The notes under the pieces were generated by a model. The model saw nothing but the letters and a program-made list of their open reading frames with translations. It was not told where the DNA came from and did not search any database. This document shows, piece by piece, positions 1-9,040 of a DNA stretch of 32,000 bases. The number at the start of each line of letters is the position of its first letter. Positions within the stretch are counted from its first letter, which is position 1. The position numbers and the translations under genes were made by a program. Source of the DNA: Mycobacterium tuberculosis H37Rv (lineage in GTDB: Bacteria; Actinomycetota; Actinomycetes; Mycobacteriales; Mycobacteriaceae); contig NC_000962.3 in the NCBI RefSeq assembly GCF_000195955.2, positions 2,100,001 to 2,132,000 on the forward strand, in the 5' to 3' direction.

Positions 1-329
1 GGGTGTGGCCCGATTCCGGCTGGGAGGAACTGGGCCCGAGGCCGCATCTGGCGGTTGTGGCCGGACGGGTCGGCGCGCTGAGCGGGCTGGCGCCCGAGCA
101 CAACGCCTTGCACCTCGTCTACATCACAATGACCGGCTCGGCCATCGCCGCCCAGCGACTGCTGGCGCTAGATCCCGCCGAAGTGACCGTGGTGACCTTC
201 CAGCTGTCCGAACTGTGCGAGCAGATCGCGCAGGAGGCCACAGCCGGACTGGCAGACTTGTCTGATCCGCTGCTGGACACGCTCGCCCAGCGGCATGACG
301 AGCGCGTGCGTCCCCTGTTCGTTTCCTGA
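1..329 (+). CDS. ureF: Urease accessory protein UreF, 3' fragment (5' end outside window; Rv1851-like)
   Basis: The frame is open to the left window edge and ends at TGA 327-329, 10 nt before the ureG ATG. High third-position GC. It sits immediately upstream of ureG-ureD, as in ureABCFGD operons. Confidence 0.85.
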   Translation, partial: VWPDSGWEELGPRPHLAVVAGRVGALSGLAPEHNALHLVYITMTGSAIAAQRLLALDPAEVTVVTFQLSELCEQIAQEATAGLADLSDPLLDTLAQRHDERVRPLFVS

Positions 330-339
330 AAGGTAAGGC

Positions 340-1014
340 ATGGCAACGCATTCCCATCCCCACTCGCACACCGTGCCCGCTCGGCCAAGGCGGGTCCGCA
401 AACCGGGCGAGCCACTGCGCATCGGCGTCGGCGGCCCGGTCGGCTCCGGCAAGACCGCACTGGTGGCGGCGCTGTGCCGGCAATTGCGGGGAGAGCTGTC
501 GCTGGCGGTGCTGACCAACGACATCTACACCACCGAAGACGCCGACTTCTTGCGCACACATGCGGTGCTGCCAGACGACCGGATCGCGGCCGTGCAGACC
601 GGCGGCTGCCCGCACACCGCGATCCGCGACGACATCACCGCCAACCTGGATGCGATCGACGAGTTGATGGCCGCCCACGACGCGTTGGACCTGATCCTGG
701 TCGAATCCGGCGGCGATAACCTCACGGCCACCTTCTCTTCGGGGCTGGTGGATGCGCAGATCTTCGTCATTGACGTTGCCGGCGGCGACAAGGTGCCGCG
801 CAAGGGCGGGCCGGGGGTGACCTATTCGGATTTGTTGGTAGTCAACAAGACTGACCTGGCTGCATTGGTGGGCGCCGACCTGGCGGTGATGGCCCGCGAT
901 GCGGACGCGGTGCGCGACGGCCGCCCGACGGTGCTGCAATCGTTGACCGAGGACCCAGCTGCCAGCGATGTCGTGGCCTGGGTTCGTAGTCAACTGGCCG
1001 CCGATGGAGTCTAG
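340..1014 (+). CDS. ureG: Urease accessory GTPase UreG (Rv1852-like)
   Basis: 224 aa from ATG 340. His-rich N-terminus [11 protein letters not shown]-loop [16 protein letters not shown] and NKTD GTPase motifs of the UreG/HypB family. Confidence 0.97.
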   Translation: MATHSHPHSHTVPARPRRVRKPGEPLRIGVGGPVGSGKTALVAALCRQLRGELSLAVLTNDIYTTEDADFLRTHAVLPDDRIAAVQTGGCPHTAIRDDITANLDAIDELMAAHDALDLILVESGGDNLTATFSSGLVDAQIFVIDVAGGDKVPRKGGPGVTYSDLLVVNKTDLAALVGADLAVMARDADAVRDGRPTVLQSLTEDPAASDVVAWVRSQLAADGV

Positions 1015-1648
1015 TGTTCTGGTGGTCGCGTCGCCGAATCGGTTGCCGCGCATCGACTGTCGGGGCGGTGTCCAGGCACGCCGAACCGCGCCCGACACGG
1101 TGCACCTGGTGTCGGCGGCCGCGACCCCGCTGGGCGGTGACACCATGAGAATCCGGGTGATCGTGGAACGGGGTGCCCAGCTACGGCTGCGTAGTGCCGC
1201 CGCGACGGTGGCCTTGCCCGGCGTGGATACCCTGACGTCGCATGCTCACTGGGAGATCGACGTGACCGGCACCCTGGATGTGGACCTGGAGCCGACGGTC
1301 GTCGCCGCCTCAGCCCGGCATCTGTCGCATGCCACCTTGCGCCTGCACGACGACGGTCGGGTCCGCTTGCGCGAGCGCGTGCAGATTGGCAGATGCAATG
1401 AGCGCGAAGGATTTTGGTCGTCATCGCTGCAGGCCGATCGGCATGGTCGTCCCCTGCTGCGGCACCGGGTGGAACTGGGTGCCGGGTCTTTGGCCGACGA
1501 CGTCATTGCGGCGCCGCGCGCCACTATCAGCGAGCTGCGCTATCCGGCGACGGCATTCACCGACGCCATCGACGCACGGTCGACCGTTTTGGCGTTGGCG
1601 GGTGGCGGAACACTGAGTACCTGGCAGGCTGACCGGTTGCCTGGCTAA
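1004..1648 (+). CDS. ureD: Urease accessory protein UreD/UreH (Rv1853-like)
   Basis: This ORF follows ureG. ATG 1004 overlaps the ureG stop by 11 nt (coupling); an in-frame GTG at 1022 would give 208 aa. The track start at 968 lies deeper inside ureG and is less likely. The call rests on operon position and length. The stop (TAA 1646-1648) is certain. Confidence 0.8.
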   Translation: MESSVLVVASPNRLPRIDCRGGVQARRTAPDTVHLVSAAATPLGGDTMRIRVIVERGAQLRLRSAAATVALPGVDTLTSHAHWEIDVTGTLDVDLEPTVVAASARHLSHATLRLHDDGRVRLRERVQIGRCNEREGFWSSSLQADRHGRPLLRHRVELGAGSLADDVIAAPRATISELRYPATAFTDAIDARSTVLALAGGGTLSTWQADRLPG

Positions 1649-1650
1649 CG

Positions 1651-3042
1651 CTAGCTGGCCACCTTAGCGCTTGCCGCTGAGCCCTGCGCCTCGGCGGCCA
1701 GCTCGGCCAGCTGTTCGAGCCGCGTTCGCGCAAATGCCTGCTGGTCGGTGATGGTCAGCTGGCCGCGGCGAGTACTGAGGAAAGTCACCGTCCACGACAG
1801 CAGAGTGGTGATCTTGGTCTTGAACCCGATCAGGTACGCCAGGTGCAGCACCAGCCAAATCAGCCAGGCGATAAAGCCGCTGAACTCAACGGGACCGATC
1901 TTGGCCACCGCCGAAAACCTCGAAACCGTGGCCATCGATCCCTTGTCGAAGTACTGGAATGGCTCACGCTCCGCCGGGTTGGCGCCGGCCAGTTCGGCCT
2001 TGATCGTGCTGGCGACGTATTTCGCCCCCTGGATGGCGCCCTGCGCCACACCCGGCACACCCTCCACAGCGGCCATATCGCCCACCACGAACACGTTCGG
2101 GTACCCGGGAATGGACAGGTCGGGCAGCACTTGGACCCGGCCGGCCCGGTCGAGCTCAACCCGTGATTGCTCGGCAAGGTCCCTGCCCAACCGACTGGCC
2201 GAAACCCCGGCCGACCAGACCTTGCAGGCCGACTCGATGCGCCGGACGGTGCCGTCGGAGTCCTTGACGGTGATGCCGTTGCGGTCGACGTCGGTGACCA
2301 TCGCACCCAGCTGGATTTCCACGCCCAGCTTCTGCAACCGGGCAGCCGCCCGCTGACCGAGCTTTGCGCCCATCGGTGGCAGCACCGCCGGGGCGGCGTC
2401 AAGCAGAATCACCCGCGCCTTGGTCGAGTCGATGTGCCGGAATGCGCCCTTCAACGTGTGCTCGGCCAGCTCGGCGATCTGTCCGGCCATTTCAACACCG
2501 GTGGGGCCAGCCCCGACAACGGTGAATGTCAGTAGCTTGGCCCGCCGTTCCGGATCGCTGGACCGTTCGGCTTGCTCGAAAGCGCTCAATATGCGGCCAC
2601 GCAACTCCAACGCGTCGTCGATGGACTTCATGCCGGGTGCGAATTCGGCGAAATGGTCGTTGCCGAAATAAGACTGGCCAGCACCCGCGGCGACGATCAG
2701 GCTGTCGTAGGGGGTTTGGTAGGTGTGACCGAGCAATTCCGAGACGACGCACTGCCCGGCCAGGTCGATGTGGGTGACGTTGCCCAACAGTACCTGGACA
2801 TTGCGCTGCTTACGCAGCACGACCCGGGTCGGCGGAGCGATTTCTCCCTCGGAGATAATCCCGGTGGCCACTTGGTACAGCAGCGGCTGGAACAGGTGAT
2901 GGGTGGTGCGCGCGATCAGCTTGATGTCAACGTCGGCCCGCTTGAGCTTCTTTGCCGCGTTTAGCCCGCCGAACCCAGATCCGATGATCACAACTCGATG
3001 CCTACGAGGTGGTTGCGCTGTGGGTTCTTGCTGGGGACTCAT
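1651..3042 (-). CDS. ndh: Type II NADH dehydrogenase (NDH-2), Rv1854c-like
   Basis: 463 aa from ATG. Two Rossmann dinucleotide motifs (VVIIGSGFGGL and FTVVGAGPTGVE), a VFVVGDMA FAD motif, and a hydrophobic C-terminal membrane-association segment. Confidence 0.95.
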   Translation of the reverse strand: MSPQQEPTAQPPRRHRVVIIGSGFGGLNAAKKLKRADVDIKLIARTTHHLFQPLLYQVATGIISEGEIAPPTRVVLRKQRNVQVLLGNVTHIDLAGQCVVSELLGHTYQTPYDSLIVAAGAGQSYFGNDHFAEFAPGMKSIDDALELRGRILSAFEQAERSSDPERRAKLLTFTVVGAGPTGVEMAGQIAELAEHTLKGAFRHIDSTKARVILLDAAPAVLPPMGAKLGQRAAARLQKLGVEIQLGAMVTDVDRNGITVKDSDGTVRRIESACKVWSAGVSASRLGRDLAEQSRVELDRAGRVQVLPDLSIPGYPNVFVVGDMAAVEGVPGVAQGAIQGAKYVASTIKAELAGANPAEREPFQYFDKGSMATVSRFSAVAKIGPVEFSGFIAWLIWLVLHLAYLIGFKTKITTLLSWTVTFLSTRRGQLTITDQQAFARTRLEQLAELAAEAQGSAASAKVAS

Positions 3043-3183
3043 GTTCCGCTGCTCCTGACGGGGTCACCTCGATGAGCGAGTTCAGTTAGCTACTACGGTA
3101 GTCAACCCGACCGCTGCAGGCCCAGTTGAGGACATGTGTCATCAGCCACACCACAGCGTGCCTGCGTCACCGGCCCCCGGTGG

Positions 3184-4107
3184 CTACACACCCAGCAGCG
3201 GGCGCAGCGCTTCAGCGGCGGTGGTGATGACCCCGGGCAGATAGCCGTGCGGAGCCAAGTTGATGATTAATCCGTCGACACCGGCATCGAGCACCTTGGC
3301 CTGAATTTGGTCGGCGATCTGTGCCGGGCTGCCCACCACCACGCGACCGCTCATCTCCGCGGGAATCGCATCTGGCGAGAGTGTCTCGTCGATCATCACC
3401 GTCAACAGCAGGCTGGTCTGAAGCGTCGACCGGTCCCGGCCGGCCTCGTCGCACCGCGCGGCCAGCGCCCGCATCTTGCGCGGCAGCTCGTCGACCGCCG
3501 CCACGATGTTGAGATGGTCGGCAAAGCGGGCGGCGATCGCGAATGTCTTTTTCTCACCACCGCCGCCGATCAAGATTGGGATGCGGTCGCGATACCGCGG
3601 CTCGGCCATCGCCGATTCGGTGGTGTACCAATCGCCGAAAAACGTTGGGCGCTCACCCTTGACCATTGGCTCGAGGATCTGTAGCGCCTCTTCGAGCCGG
3701 TTGAACCGGTCACTGAAAGTGCCGAACTCGAAGCCGAGCTGGCGGTGTTCCAGCTCAAACCAACCGGCTCCAATGCCGAGGATCGCTCGACCGGCGCTAA
3801 CCACGTCGAGCGTGGTGATGATCTTTGCCAGCAGGGTCGGGCTGCGGTAGGTATTGCCGGTCACCAACGCGCCCAGTTGCAGCCGCTCGGTCGCCGTGGC
3901 CAGCGCACCAAGGGCCGTGTAGGCCTCCAGCATCGGCTGGTCGGGCGTCCCCAACATGGGCAGTTGGTAGAAGTGGTCCATCACAAACAGGGAGTCGTAA
4001 CCAGCCGCTTCGGCCTCACGCGCTTGAGCGATGACGGACGGGAAAAGCTTCTCCACCCCTGTGCCGTAGGAGAAGTTGGGGATCTGTAGACCCAGCCGAA
4101 TAGTCAC
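3184..4107 (-). CDS. Luciferase-like (LLM) family, probable F420-dependent oxidoreductase (Rv1855c family), 307 aa
   Basis: The track ORF (395 aa, to 4371) has an Arg/Pro-rich 88-codon extension running into the neighbouring gene. GTG at 4105-4107 begins VTIRLGLQIPNFSYG, a typical LLM N-terminus. The remaining TIM-barrel LLM sequence (FDSLFVMDH, ILGIGAGW) supports the family call. Confidence 0.85.
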   Translation of the reverse strand: MTIRLGLQIPNFSYGTGVEKLFPSVIAQAREAEAAGYDSLFVMDHFYQLPMLGTPDQPMLEAYTALGALATATERLQLGALVTGNTYRSPTLLAKIITTLDVVSAGRAILGIGAGWFELEHRQLGFEFGTFSDRFNRLEEALQILEPMVKGERPTFFGDWYTTESAMAEPRYRDRIPILIGGGGEKKTFAIAARFADHLNIVAAVDELPRKMRALAARCDEAGRDRSTLQTSLLLTVMIDETLSPDAIPAEMSGRVVVGSPAQIADQIQAKVLDAGVDGLIINLAPHGYLPGVITTAAEALRPLLGV

Positions 4108-4145
4108 ACTACCTACCGTAGCGATCGGCCGGTGAAGCGAAAGGT

Positions 4146-4823
4146 TCAGCCGAAGTGAGCCAGCGCGCCGTGGCTGACGTGCAGCGTCTGGCCGGTGATG
4201 TGGCGAGCCGCAGGGGTGGTAAGGAACAGCGCCAGCCGCGCAATCTCGGCCGCGACGGGCGCGGGTGTGCGCGAAAGCCCTTCGTAACCGGTCTGCACGC
4301 TGCGGCCGCAAGCGACTGTATTGATGGTGATCCCGCGCGTGCCGAAAACGGCGGCCTGGCCCGCGATCCAATTCGAGAGGGCCGCTTTGATCGCGGACTC
4401 GGCGCCACCGGCAGGCGGGTTCTCCGCCACCACGCTGACAATCGAGCCGCCGGAGCGCAGGTGATCGCCCACGGATTGCACCGTCAGCACCACCGAGAGC
4501 ACCGTCGCGTCGAGCGCATTGCGCCAGGCGTTGGCCGTGTCGGACACCGAGTAGGCGCGCGGGTCACCGGCATCCCAGGACGGCGCTGGCACGTTGACGA
4601 TGGTGTCCAGGTGACGGGGGAACAGTCCCCGTGCCTCGGTGAGGCTGGTCGGGTCGGTGGTGTCGCACACAACGGCGTCCACGTCGAGTTCCTTCGCGGC
4701 GACCTCGAGGTCGCCGCGGCGGGCACCCACCAGGGTGACCTTGTGGCCGTCGTTGCGAAAGCCTTCAGCCATTGTGCGCCCGAGATCGGTATCCCCGCCG
4801 GTGACCAGCACCTCCACTGCCAT
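4146..4823 (-). CDS. Short-chain dehydrogenase/reductase-fold protein, atypical active site (Rv1856c-like)
   Basis: 225 aa from ATG. N-terminal Rossmann VLVTGGDTDLGRT, and an SDR-like GITINTVACG segment. The canonical YxxxK position reads ESAIK (see findings). Confidence 0.85.
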   Translation of the reverse strand: MAVEVLVTGGDTDLGRTMAEGFRNDGHKVTLVGARRGDLEVAAKELDVDAVVCDTTDPTSLTEARGLFPRHLDTIVNVPAPSWDAGDPRAYSVSDTANAWRNALDATVLSVVLTVQSVGDHLRSGGSIVSVVAENPPAGGAESAIKAALSNWIAGQAAVFGTRGITINTVACGRSVQTGYEGLSRTPAPVAAEIARLALFLTTPAARHITGQTLHVSHGALAHFG

Positions 4824-4984
4824 GACCTCCTCGTGTTCAACGCTGAACCCAGACCCTGGACCGTTGCCTGGAATCGCATCGTGATGGCGTAAGCTCCGGT
4901 AGATGTTACTGGACAGTAGCTATTCGGGGAAACTCCGCACCGCCACGACGCGCAGACGATCTTGGTAACCATTAGGTTTGGCCA

Positions 4985-5770
4985 GTGCGTTGGATCGGAC
5001 TGTCAACTGGCCTAGTGTCAGCGATGCTGGTCGCGGGCCTGGTGGCATGTGGATCGAATTCACCCGCATCGTCGCCAGCCGGGCCGACGCAGGGTGCCCG
5101 GTCGATCGTGGTGTTCGCGGCTGCCTCGCTGCAGTCTGCGTTCACTCAGATCGGTGAGCAGTTCAAAGCCGGCAACCCAGGGGTTAACGTCAACTTCGCT
5201 TTCGCTGGTTCTTCTGAGTTGGCCACCCAGCTGACCCAGGGCGCGACCGCCGACGTCTTTGCATCTGCGGACACCGCGCAAATGGACAGTGTGGCCAAGG
5301 CGGGGTTGCTGGCCGGTCATCCGACAAACTTCGCCACCAACACGATGGTCATCGTTGCCGCCGCAGGCAATCCCAAGAAGATCCGATCTTTTGCCGACCT
5401 CACGCGGCCGGGGCTCAACGTGGTGGTCTGCCAGCCGTCGGTGCCATGCGGATCGGCGACCCGGCGCATCGAAGATGCAACCGGGATTCATCTCAACCCG
5501 GTCAGTGAGGAACTTAGCGTGACCGACGTTCTGAACAAGGTCATCACCGGGCAAGCCGATGCCGGGCTGGTCTATGTCAGTGACGCGCTCAGCGTTGCCA
5601 CCAAAGTGACGTGTGTCAGATTTCCCGAAGCCGCGGGTGTGGTCAATGTCTACGCCATCGCGGTGCTAAAGCGGACCTCCCAGCCCGCTCTGGCCCGGCA
5701 GTTCGTGGCCATGGTGACCGCTGCGGCAGGTCGGCGGATCCTGGATCAGTCGGGTTTCGCCAAGCCCTGA
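4985..5770 (+). CDS. modA: Molybdate ABC transporter substrate-binding lipoprotein ModA
   Basis: 261 aa from GTG 4985. Signal peptide ending in lipobox LVAC|GSN. Periplasmic molybdate/tungstate-binding family sequence ([22 protein letters not shown]). Followed by modB and modC. Confidence 0.9.
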
Positions 5771-5772
5771 CG

Positions 5773-6567
5773 ATGCACCCGCCTACGGATCTGCCTCGTT
5801 GGGTATATCTCCCGGCGATCGCGGGGATCGTGTTCGTGGCAATGCCGCTGGTCGCGATCGCCATCCGGGTCGATTGGCCGCGTTTCTGGGCGCTGATCAC
5901 TACTCCGTCTTCTCAAACGGCCCTGCTGTTGAGCGTGAAGACCGCCGCGGCCAGCACGGTGCTGTGCGTACTGCTGGGCGTCCCGATGGCGCTGGTGCTG
6001 GCCCGCAGCCGCGGACGACTGGTGCGGTCGTTACGACCGCTGATCCTGTTACCGCTGGTGCTGCCGCCGGTAGTCGGGGGTATCGCGTTGCTCTACGCGT
6101 TCGGCCGGCTCGGCCTGATCGGGCGCTACCTGGAGGCGGCCGGCATCAGCATCGCATTCAGTACCGCGGCTGTGGTGCTGGCGCAGACCTTTGTCTCGCT
6201 GCCGTATCTGGTGATTTCCCTAGAGGGTGCAGCCCGCACCGCCGGAGCCGACTACGAGGTGGTGGCGGCGACACTTGGGGCGCGGCCCGGCACTGTCTGG
6301 TGGCGCGTGACCCTGCCGTTGCTGCTCCCGGGCGTGGTGTCCGGATCAGTACTGGCGTTTGCCCGCTCGCTCGGAGAGTTTGGCGCGACCCTAACCTTTG
6401 CCGGTTCCCGGCAAGGGGTCACCCGTACCCTTCCGCTGGAGATTTACCTGCAGCGGGTGACCGATCCGGACGCGGCGGTGGCATTGTCACTGCTGCTCGT
6501 TGTGGTAGCGGCACTGGTGGTGCTGGGTGTGGGTGCTCGTACGCCGATCGGGACCGATACCAGGTAG
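5773..6567 (+). CDS. modB: Molybdate ABC transporter permease ModB (264 aa)
   Basis: ATG 5773 lies 2 nt after the modA stop; the track start at 5611 overlaps modA and is rejected. Multi-TM protein with the ABC permease EAA-type loop [15 protein letters not shown]. Confidence 0.9.
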
Positions 6568-6573
6568 CCGGTC

Positions 6574-7683
6574 ATGAGCAAGCTGCAGCTGCGCGCGGTC
6601 GTCGCCGACCGGCGTTTGGACGTCGAATTCTCGGTGTCCGCGGGCGAGGTGCTTGCAGTGCTCGGGCCCAACGGTGCGGGCAAGTCCACCGCCCTGCATG
6701 TTATCGCGGGGCTGCTTCGCCCCGACGCGGGCTTGGTACGTTTGGGGGACCGGGTGTTGACCGACACCGAGGCCGGGGTGAATGTGGCGACCCACGACCG
6801 TCGAGTCGGGCTGCTGTTGCAAGACCCGTTGTTGTTTCCACACCTGAGCGTGGCCAAAAACGTGGCCTTCGGACCACAATGCCGTCGCGGGATGTTTGGG
6901 TCCGGGCGCGCTAGGACAAGGGCGTCGGCACTGCGATGGCTGCGCGAGGTGAACGCCGAGCAGTTCGCCGACCGTAAGCCTCGTCAGCTATCCGGGGGCC
7001 AAGCCCAGCGCGTCGCCATCGCGCGAGCGTTGGCGGCCGAACCGGATGTGTTGCTGCTCGACGAGCCGCTGACCGGACTCGATGTGGCCGCGGCCGCGGG
7101 TATCCGTTCGGTGTTGCGTAGTGTCGTCGCGAGGAGCGGTTGCGCGGTAGTCCTGACGACCCATGACCTGCTGGACGTGTTCACGCTGGCCGACCGGGTA
7201 TTGGTGCTCGAGTCCGGCACGATCGCCGAGATCGGCCCGGTTGCCGATGTGCTTACCGCACCTCGCAGTCGTTTCGGAGCCCGTATCGCCGGAGTCAACC
7301 TGGTCAATGGGACCATTGGTCCGGACGGCTCGCTGCGCACCCAGTCCGGCGCCCACTGGTACGGCACCCCGGTCCAGGATTTGCCTACTGGGCATGAGGC
7401 AATCGCGGTGTTCCCGCCGACGGCGGTGGCGGTGTATCCGGAACCGCCGCACGGAAGCCCGCGCAATATCGTCGGGCTGACGGTGGCGGAGGTGGATACC
7501 CGCGGACCCACGGTCCTGGTGCGCGGGCATGATCAGCCTGGTGGCGCGCCTGGCCTTGCCGCATGCATCACCGTCGATGCCGCCACCGAACTGCGTGTGG
7601 CGCCCGGATCGCGCGTGTGGTTCAGCGTCAAGGCGCAGGAAGTGGCCCTGCACCCGGCACCCCACCAACACGCCAGTTCATGA
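6574..7683 (+). CDS. modC: Molybdate ABC transporter ATPase ModC with C-terminal TOBE-like domain
   Basis: 369 aa. Walker A GPNGAGKST, ABC signature LSGGQAQRVAIARAL, Walker B LLLDEP. The C-terminal ~130 aa beta-rich region resembles the regulatory TOBE/Mop domain of ModC/CysA-type ATPases. Confidence 0.92.
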   Translation: MSKLQLRAVVADRRLDVEFSVSAGEVLAVLGPNGAGKSTALHVIAGLLRPDAGLVRLGDRVLTDTEAGVNVATHDRRVGLLLQDPLLFPHLSVAKNVAFGPQCRRGMFGSGRARTRASALRWLREVNAEQFADRKPRQLSGGQAQRVAIARALAAEPDVLLLDEPLTGLDVAAAAGIRSVLRSVVARSGCAVVLTTHDLLDVFTLADRVLVLESGTIAEIGPVADVLTAPRSRFGARIAGVNLVNGTIGPDGSLRTQSGAHWYGTPVQDLPTGHEAIAVFPPTAVAVYPEPPHGSPRNIVGLTVAEVDTRGPTVLVRGHDQPGGAPGLAACITVDAATELRVAPGSRVWFSVKAQEVALHPAPHQHASS

Positions 7684-7735
7684 GCCGACCCGCGCCGTCC
7701 TTGCGTCGCGCCGTTAACACGGTAGGTTCTTCGCC

Positions 7736-8713
7736 ATGCATCAGGTGGACCCCAACTTGACACGTCGCAAGGGACGATTGGCGGCACTGGCTATCGCGGC
7801 GATGGCCAGCGCCAGCCTGGTGACCGTTGCGGTGCCCGCGACCGCCAACGCCGATCCGGAGCCAGCGCCCCCGGTACCCACAACGGCCGCCTCGCCGCCG
7901 TCGACCGCTGCAGCGCCACCCGCACCGGCGACACCTGTTGCCCCCCCACCACCGGCCGCCGCCAACACGCCGAATGCCCAGCCGGGCGATCCCAACGCAG
8001 CACCTCCGCCGGCCGACCCGAACGCACCGCCGCCACCTGTCATTGCCCCAAACGCACCCCAACCTGTCCGGATCGACAACCCGGTTGGAGGATTCAGCTT
8101 CGCGCTGCCTGCTGGCTGGGTGGAGTCTGACGCCGCCCACTTCGACTACGGTTCAGCACTCCTCAGCAAAACCACCGGGGACCCGCCATTTCCCGGACAG
8201 CCGCCGCCGGTGGCCAATGACACCCGTATCGTGCTCGGCCGGCTAGACCAAAAGCTTTACGCCAGCGCCGAAGCCACCGACTCCAAGGCCGCGGCCCGGT
8301 TGGGCTCGGACATGGGTGAGTTCTATATGCCCTACCCGGGCACCCGGATCAACCAGGAAACCGTCTCGCTCGACGCCAACGGGGTGTCTGGAAGCGCGTC
8401 GTATTACGAAGTCAAGTTCAGCGATCCGAGTAAGCCGAACGGCCAGATCTGGACGGGCGTAATCGGCTCGCCCGCGGCGAACGCACCGGACGCCGGGCCC
8501 CCTCAGCGCTGGTTTGTGGTATGGCTCGGGACCGCCAACAACCCGGTGGACAAGGGCGCGGCCAAGGCGCTGGCCGAATCGATCCGGCCTTTGGTCGCCC
8601 CGCCGCCGGCGCCGGCACCGGCTCCTGCAGAGCCCGCTCCGGCGCCGGCGCCGGCCGGGGAAGTCGCTCCTACCCCGACGACACCGACACCGCAGCGGAC
8701 CTTACCGGCCTGA
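7736..8713 (+). CDS. apa: Secreted alanine/proline-rich glycoprotein Apa (45/47-kDa antigen, MPT32; Rv1860)
   Basis: 325 aa. 39-aa signal peptide with ANA|DPEP cleavage context, then extreme Pro/Ala-rich N- and C-terminal segments flanking a globular core ([12 protein letters not shown]...). Recognised directly as Apa. Confidence 0.95.
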   Translation: MHQVDPNLTRRKGRLAALAIAAMASASLVTVAVPATANADPEPAPPVPTTAASPPSTAAAPPAPATPVAPPPPAAANTPNAQPGDPNAAPPPADPNAPPPPVIAPNAPQPVRIDNPVGGFSFALPAGWVESDAAHFDYGSALLSKTTGDPPFPGQPPPVANDTRIVLGRLDQKLYASAEATDSKAAARLGSDMGEFYMPYPGTRINQETVSLDANGVSGSASYYEVKFSDPSKPNGQIWTGVIGSPAANAPDAGPPQRWFVVWLGTANNPVDKGAAKALAESIRPLVAPPPAPAPAPAEPAPAPAPAGEVAPTPTTPTPQRTLPA

Positions 8714-8736
8714 CCGGATCCGGCCGCACCCCAAGT

Positions 8737-8773
8737 GATACCCCTGGGCGGGGTGTCAGCGCGGCCGGGCGCT
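8737..8773 (+). terminator. Two consecutive GC-rich hairpins downstream of apa (possible U-tract-less terminator)
   Basis: GATACCCC-TGGGC-GGGGTGTC (8737-8757; 8 bp including one G.U pair) is followed directly by AGCGC-GGCCGG-GCGCT (8758-8773). It starts 24 nt after the apa stop. There is no U-tract, so this is structure-only evidence. Confidence 0.3.
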
Positions 8774-9000
8774 CTTGAGCCGGCGCAGCGGCGTCCATGG
8801 AGCGCCGCCGGCCAACGCGGCGTTCTTGGCGCCGGCGCGAACGTTGTTCAGGTGCCAACCGGTGGTGGGTCGTGGTTGGCGACTTGTACAGCTTCCGGTT
8901 CTCCATAGGTCGCGCCGGGGACGGGCAGCGGGTCGTGTGCGCGTCTTTCAGTGCACCGTGCGAAACGCCGACACCGTTGAACTCCACCTGAAAGCACCGC

Positions 9001-9040
9001 TGAACAGCAGAAAAGCGCCCACGAAAACACCGTGGGGCGC
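9001..9040 (-). terminator. Canonical intrinsic-terminator-like hairpin with U-tract, oriented on the minus strand
   Basis: The minus strand reads GCGCCCCACG-GTGTTTT-CGTGGGCGC followed by TTTTCTGCTGTT. That is a 9-bp GC-rich stem with one bulged base (9015-9040) and a T-rich tail (9001-9014). No annotated minus-strand gene lies upstream of it. Confidence 0.45.

Noticed and set aside
124-1146. 340-aa minus-strand ORF (and nested 146- and 118-aa ORFs) opposite ureF/ureG
   Set aside because: It is antisense to genes with strong family motifs (UreG P-loop). Low-complexity Arg/Ala/Pro translation; a shadow ORF.
3168-3182. Hairpin CACCGG-ccc-CCGGTG one nt beyond the stop of the LLM oxidoreductase gene
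   Set aside because: A 6-bp stem with a strained 3-nt loop and no U-tract. It is too weak to call a terminator, although it could contribute to 3'-end formation.
4108-4371. N-terminal 88-codon extension of the LLM oxidoreductase ORF (track start 4371)
   Set aside because: The extension overlaps the 3' end of the upstream SDR gene, is Arg/Pro-rich, and the LLM homology begins at the GTG at 4107 (VTIRLGLQIPNF).
4907-4918. Palindrome TACTG-GA-CAGTA in the divergent Rv1856c-like/modA promoter region, and CTAC-N4-GTAG upstream of ndh (~3086-3097)
   Set aside because: Only 4-5 bp per half-site. Such repeats are expected by chance many times in 160-bp spacers, and they match no known operator consensus I can name (not a LexA, DosR, Zur or IdeR site).
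5799-6914. 371-aa plus-strand ORF overlapping modB and modC out of frame
   Set aside because: It spans the modB/modC junction in a different frame. The translation is Gly/Arg-rich with no TM segments or ABC motifs, whereas the modB and modC frames carry clear family signatures.
7628-8140. 170-aa and 112-aa minus-strand Gly/Arg-rich ORFs opposite apa
   Set aside because: They are the reverse complement of the Pro/Ala codon runs of apa (CCN/GCN giving GGN/NGC). They are an artefact of low-complexity coding sequence, not PE/PPE- or PGRS-like genes.
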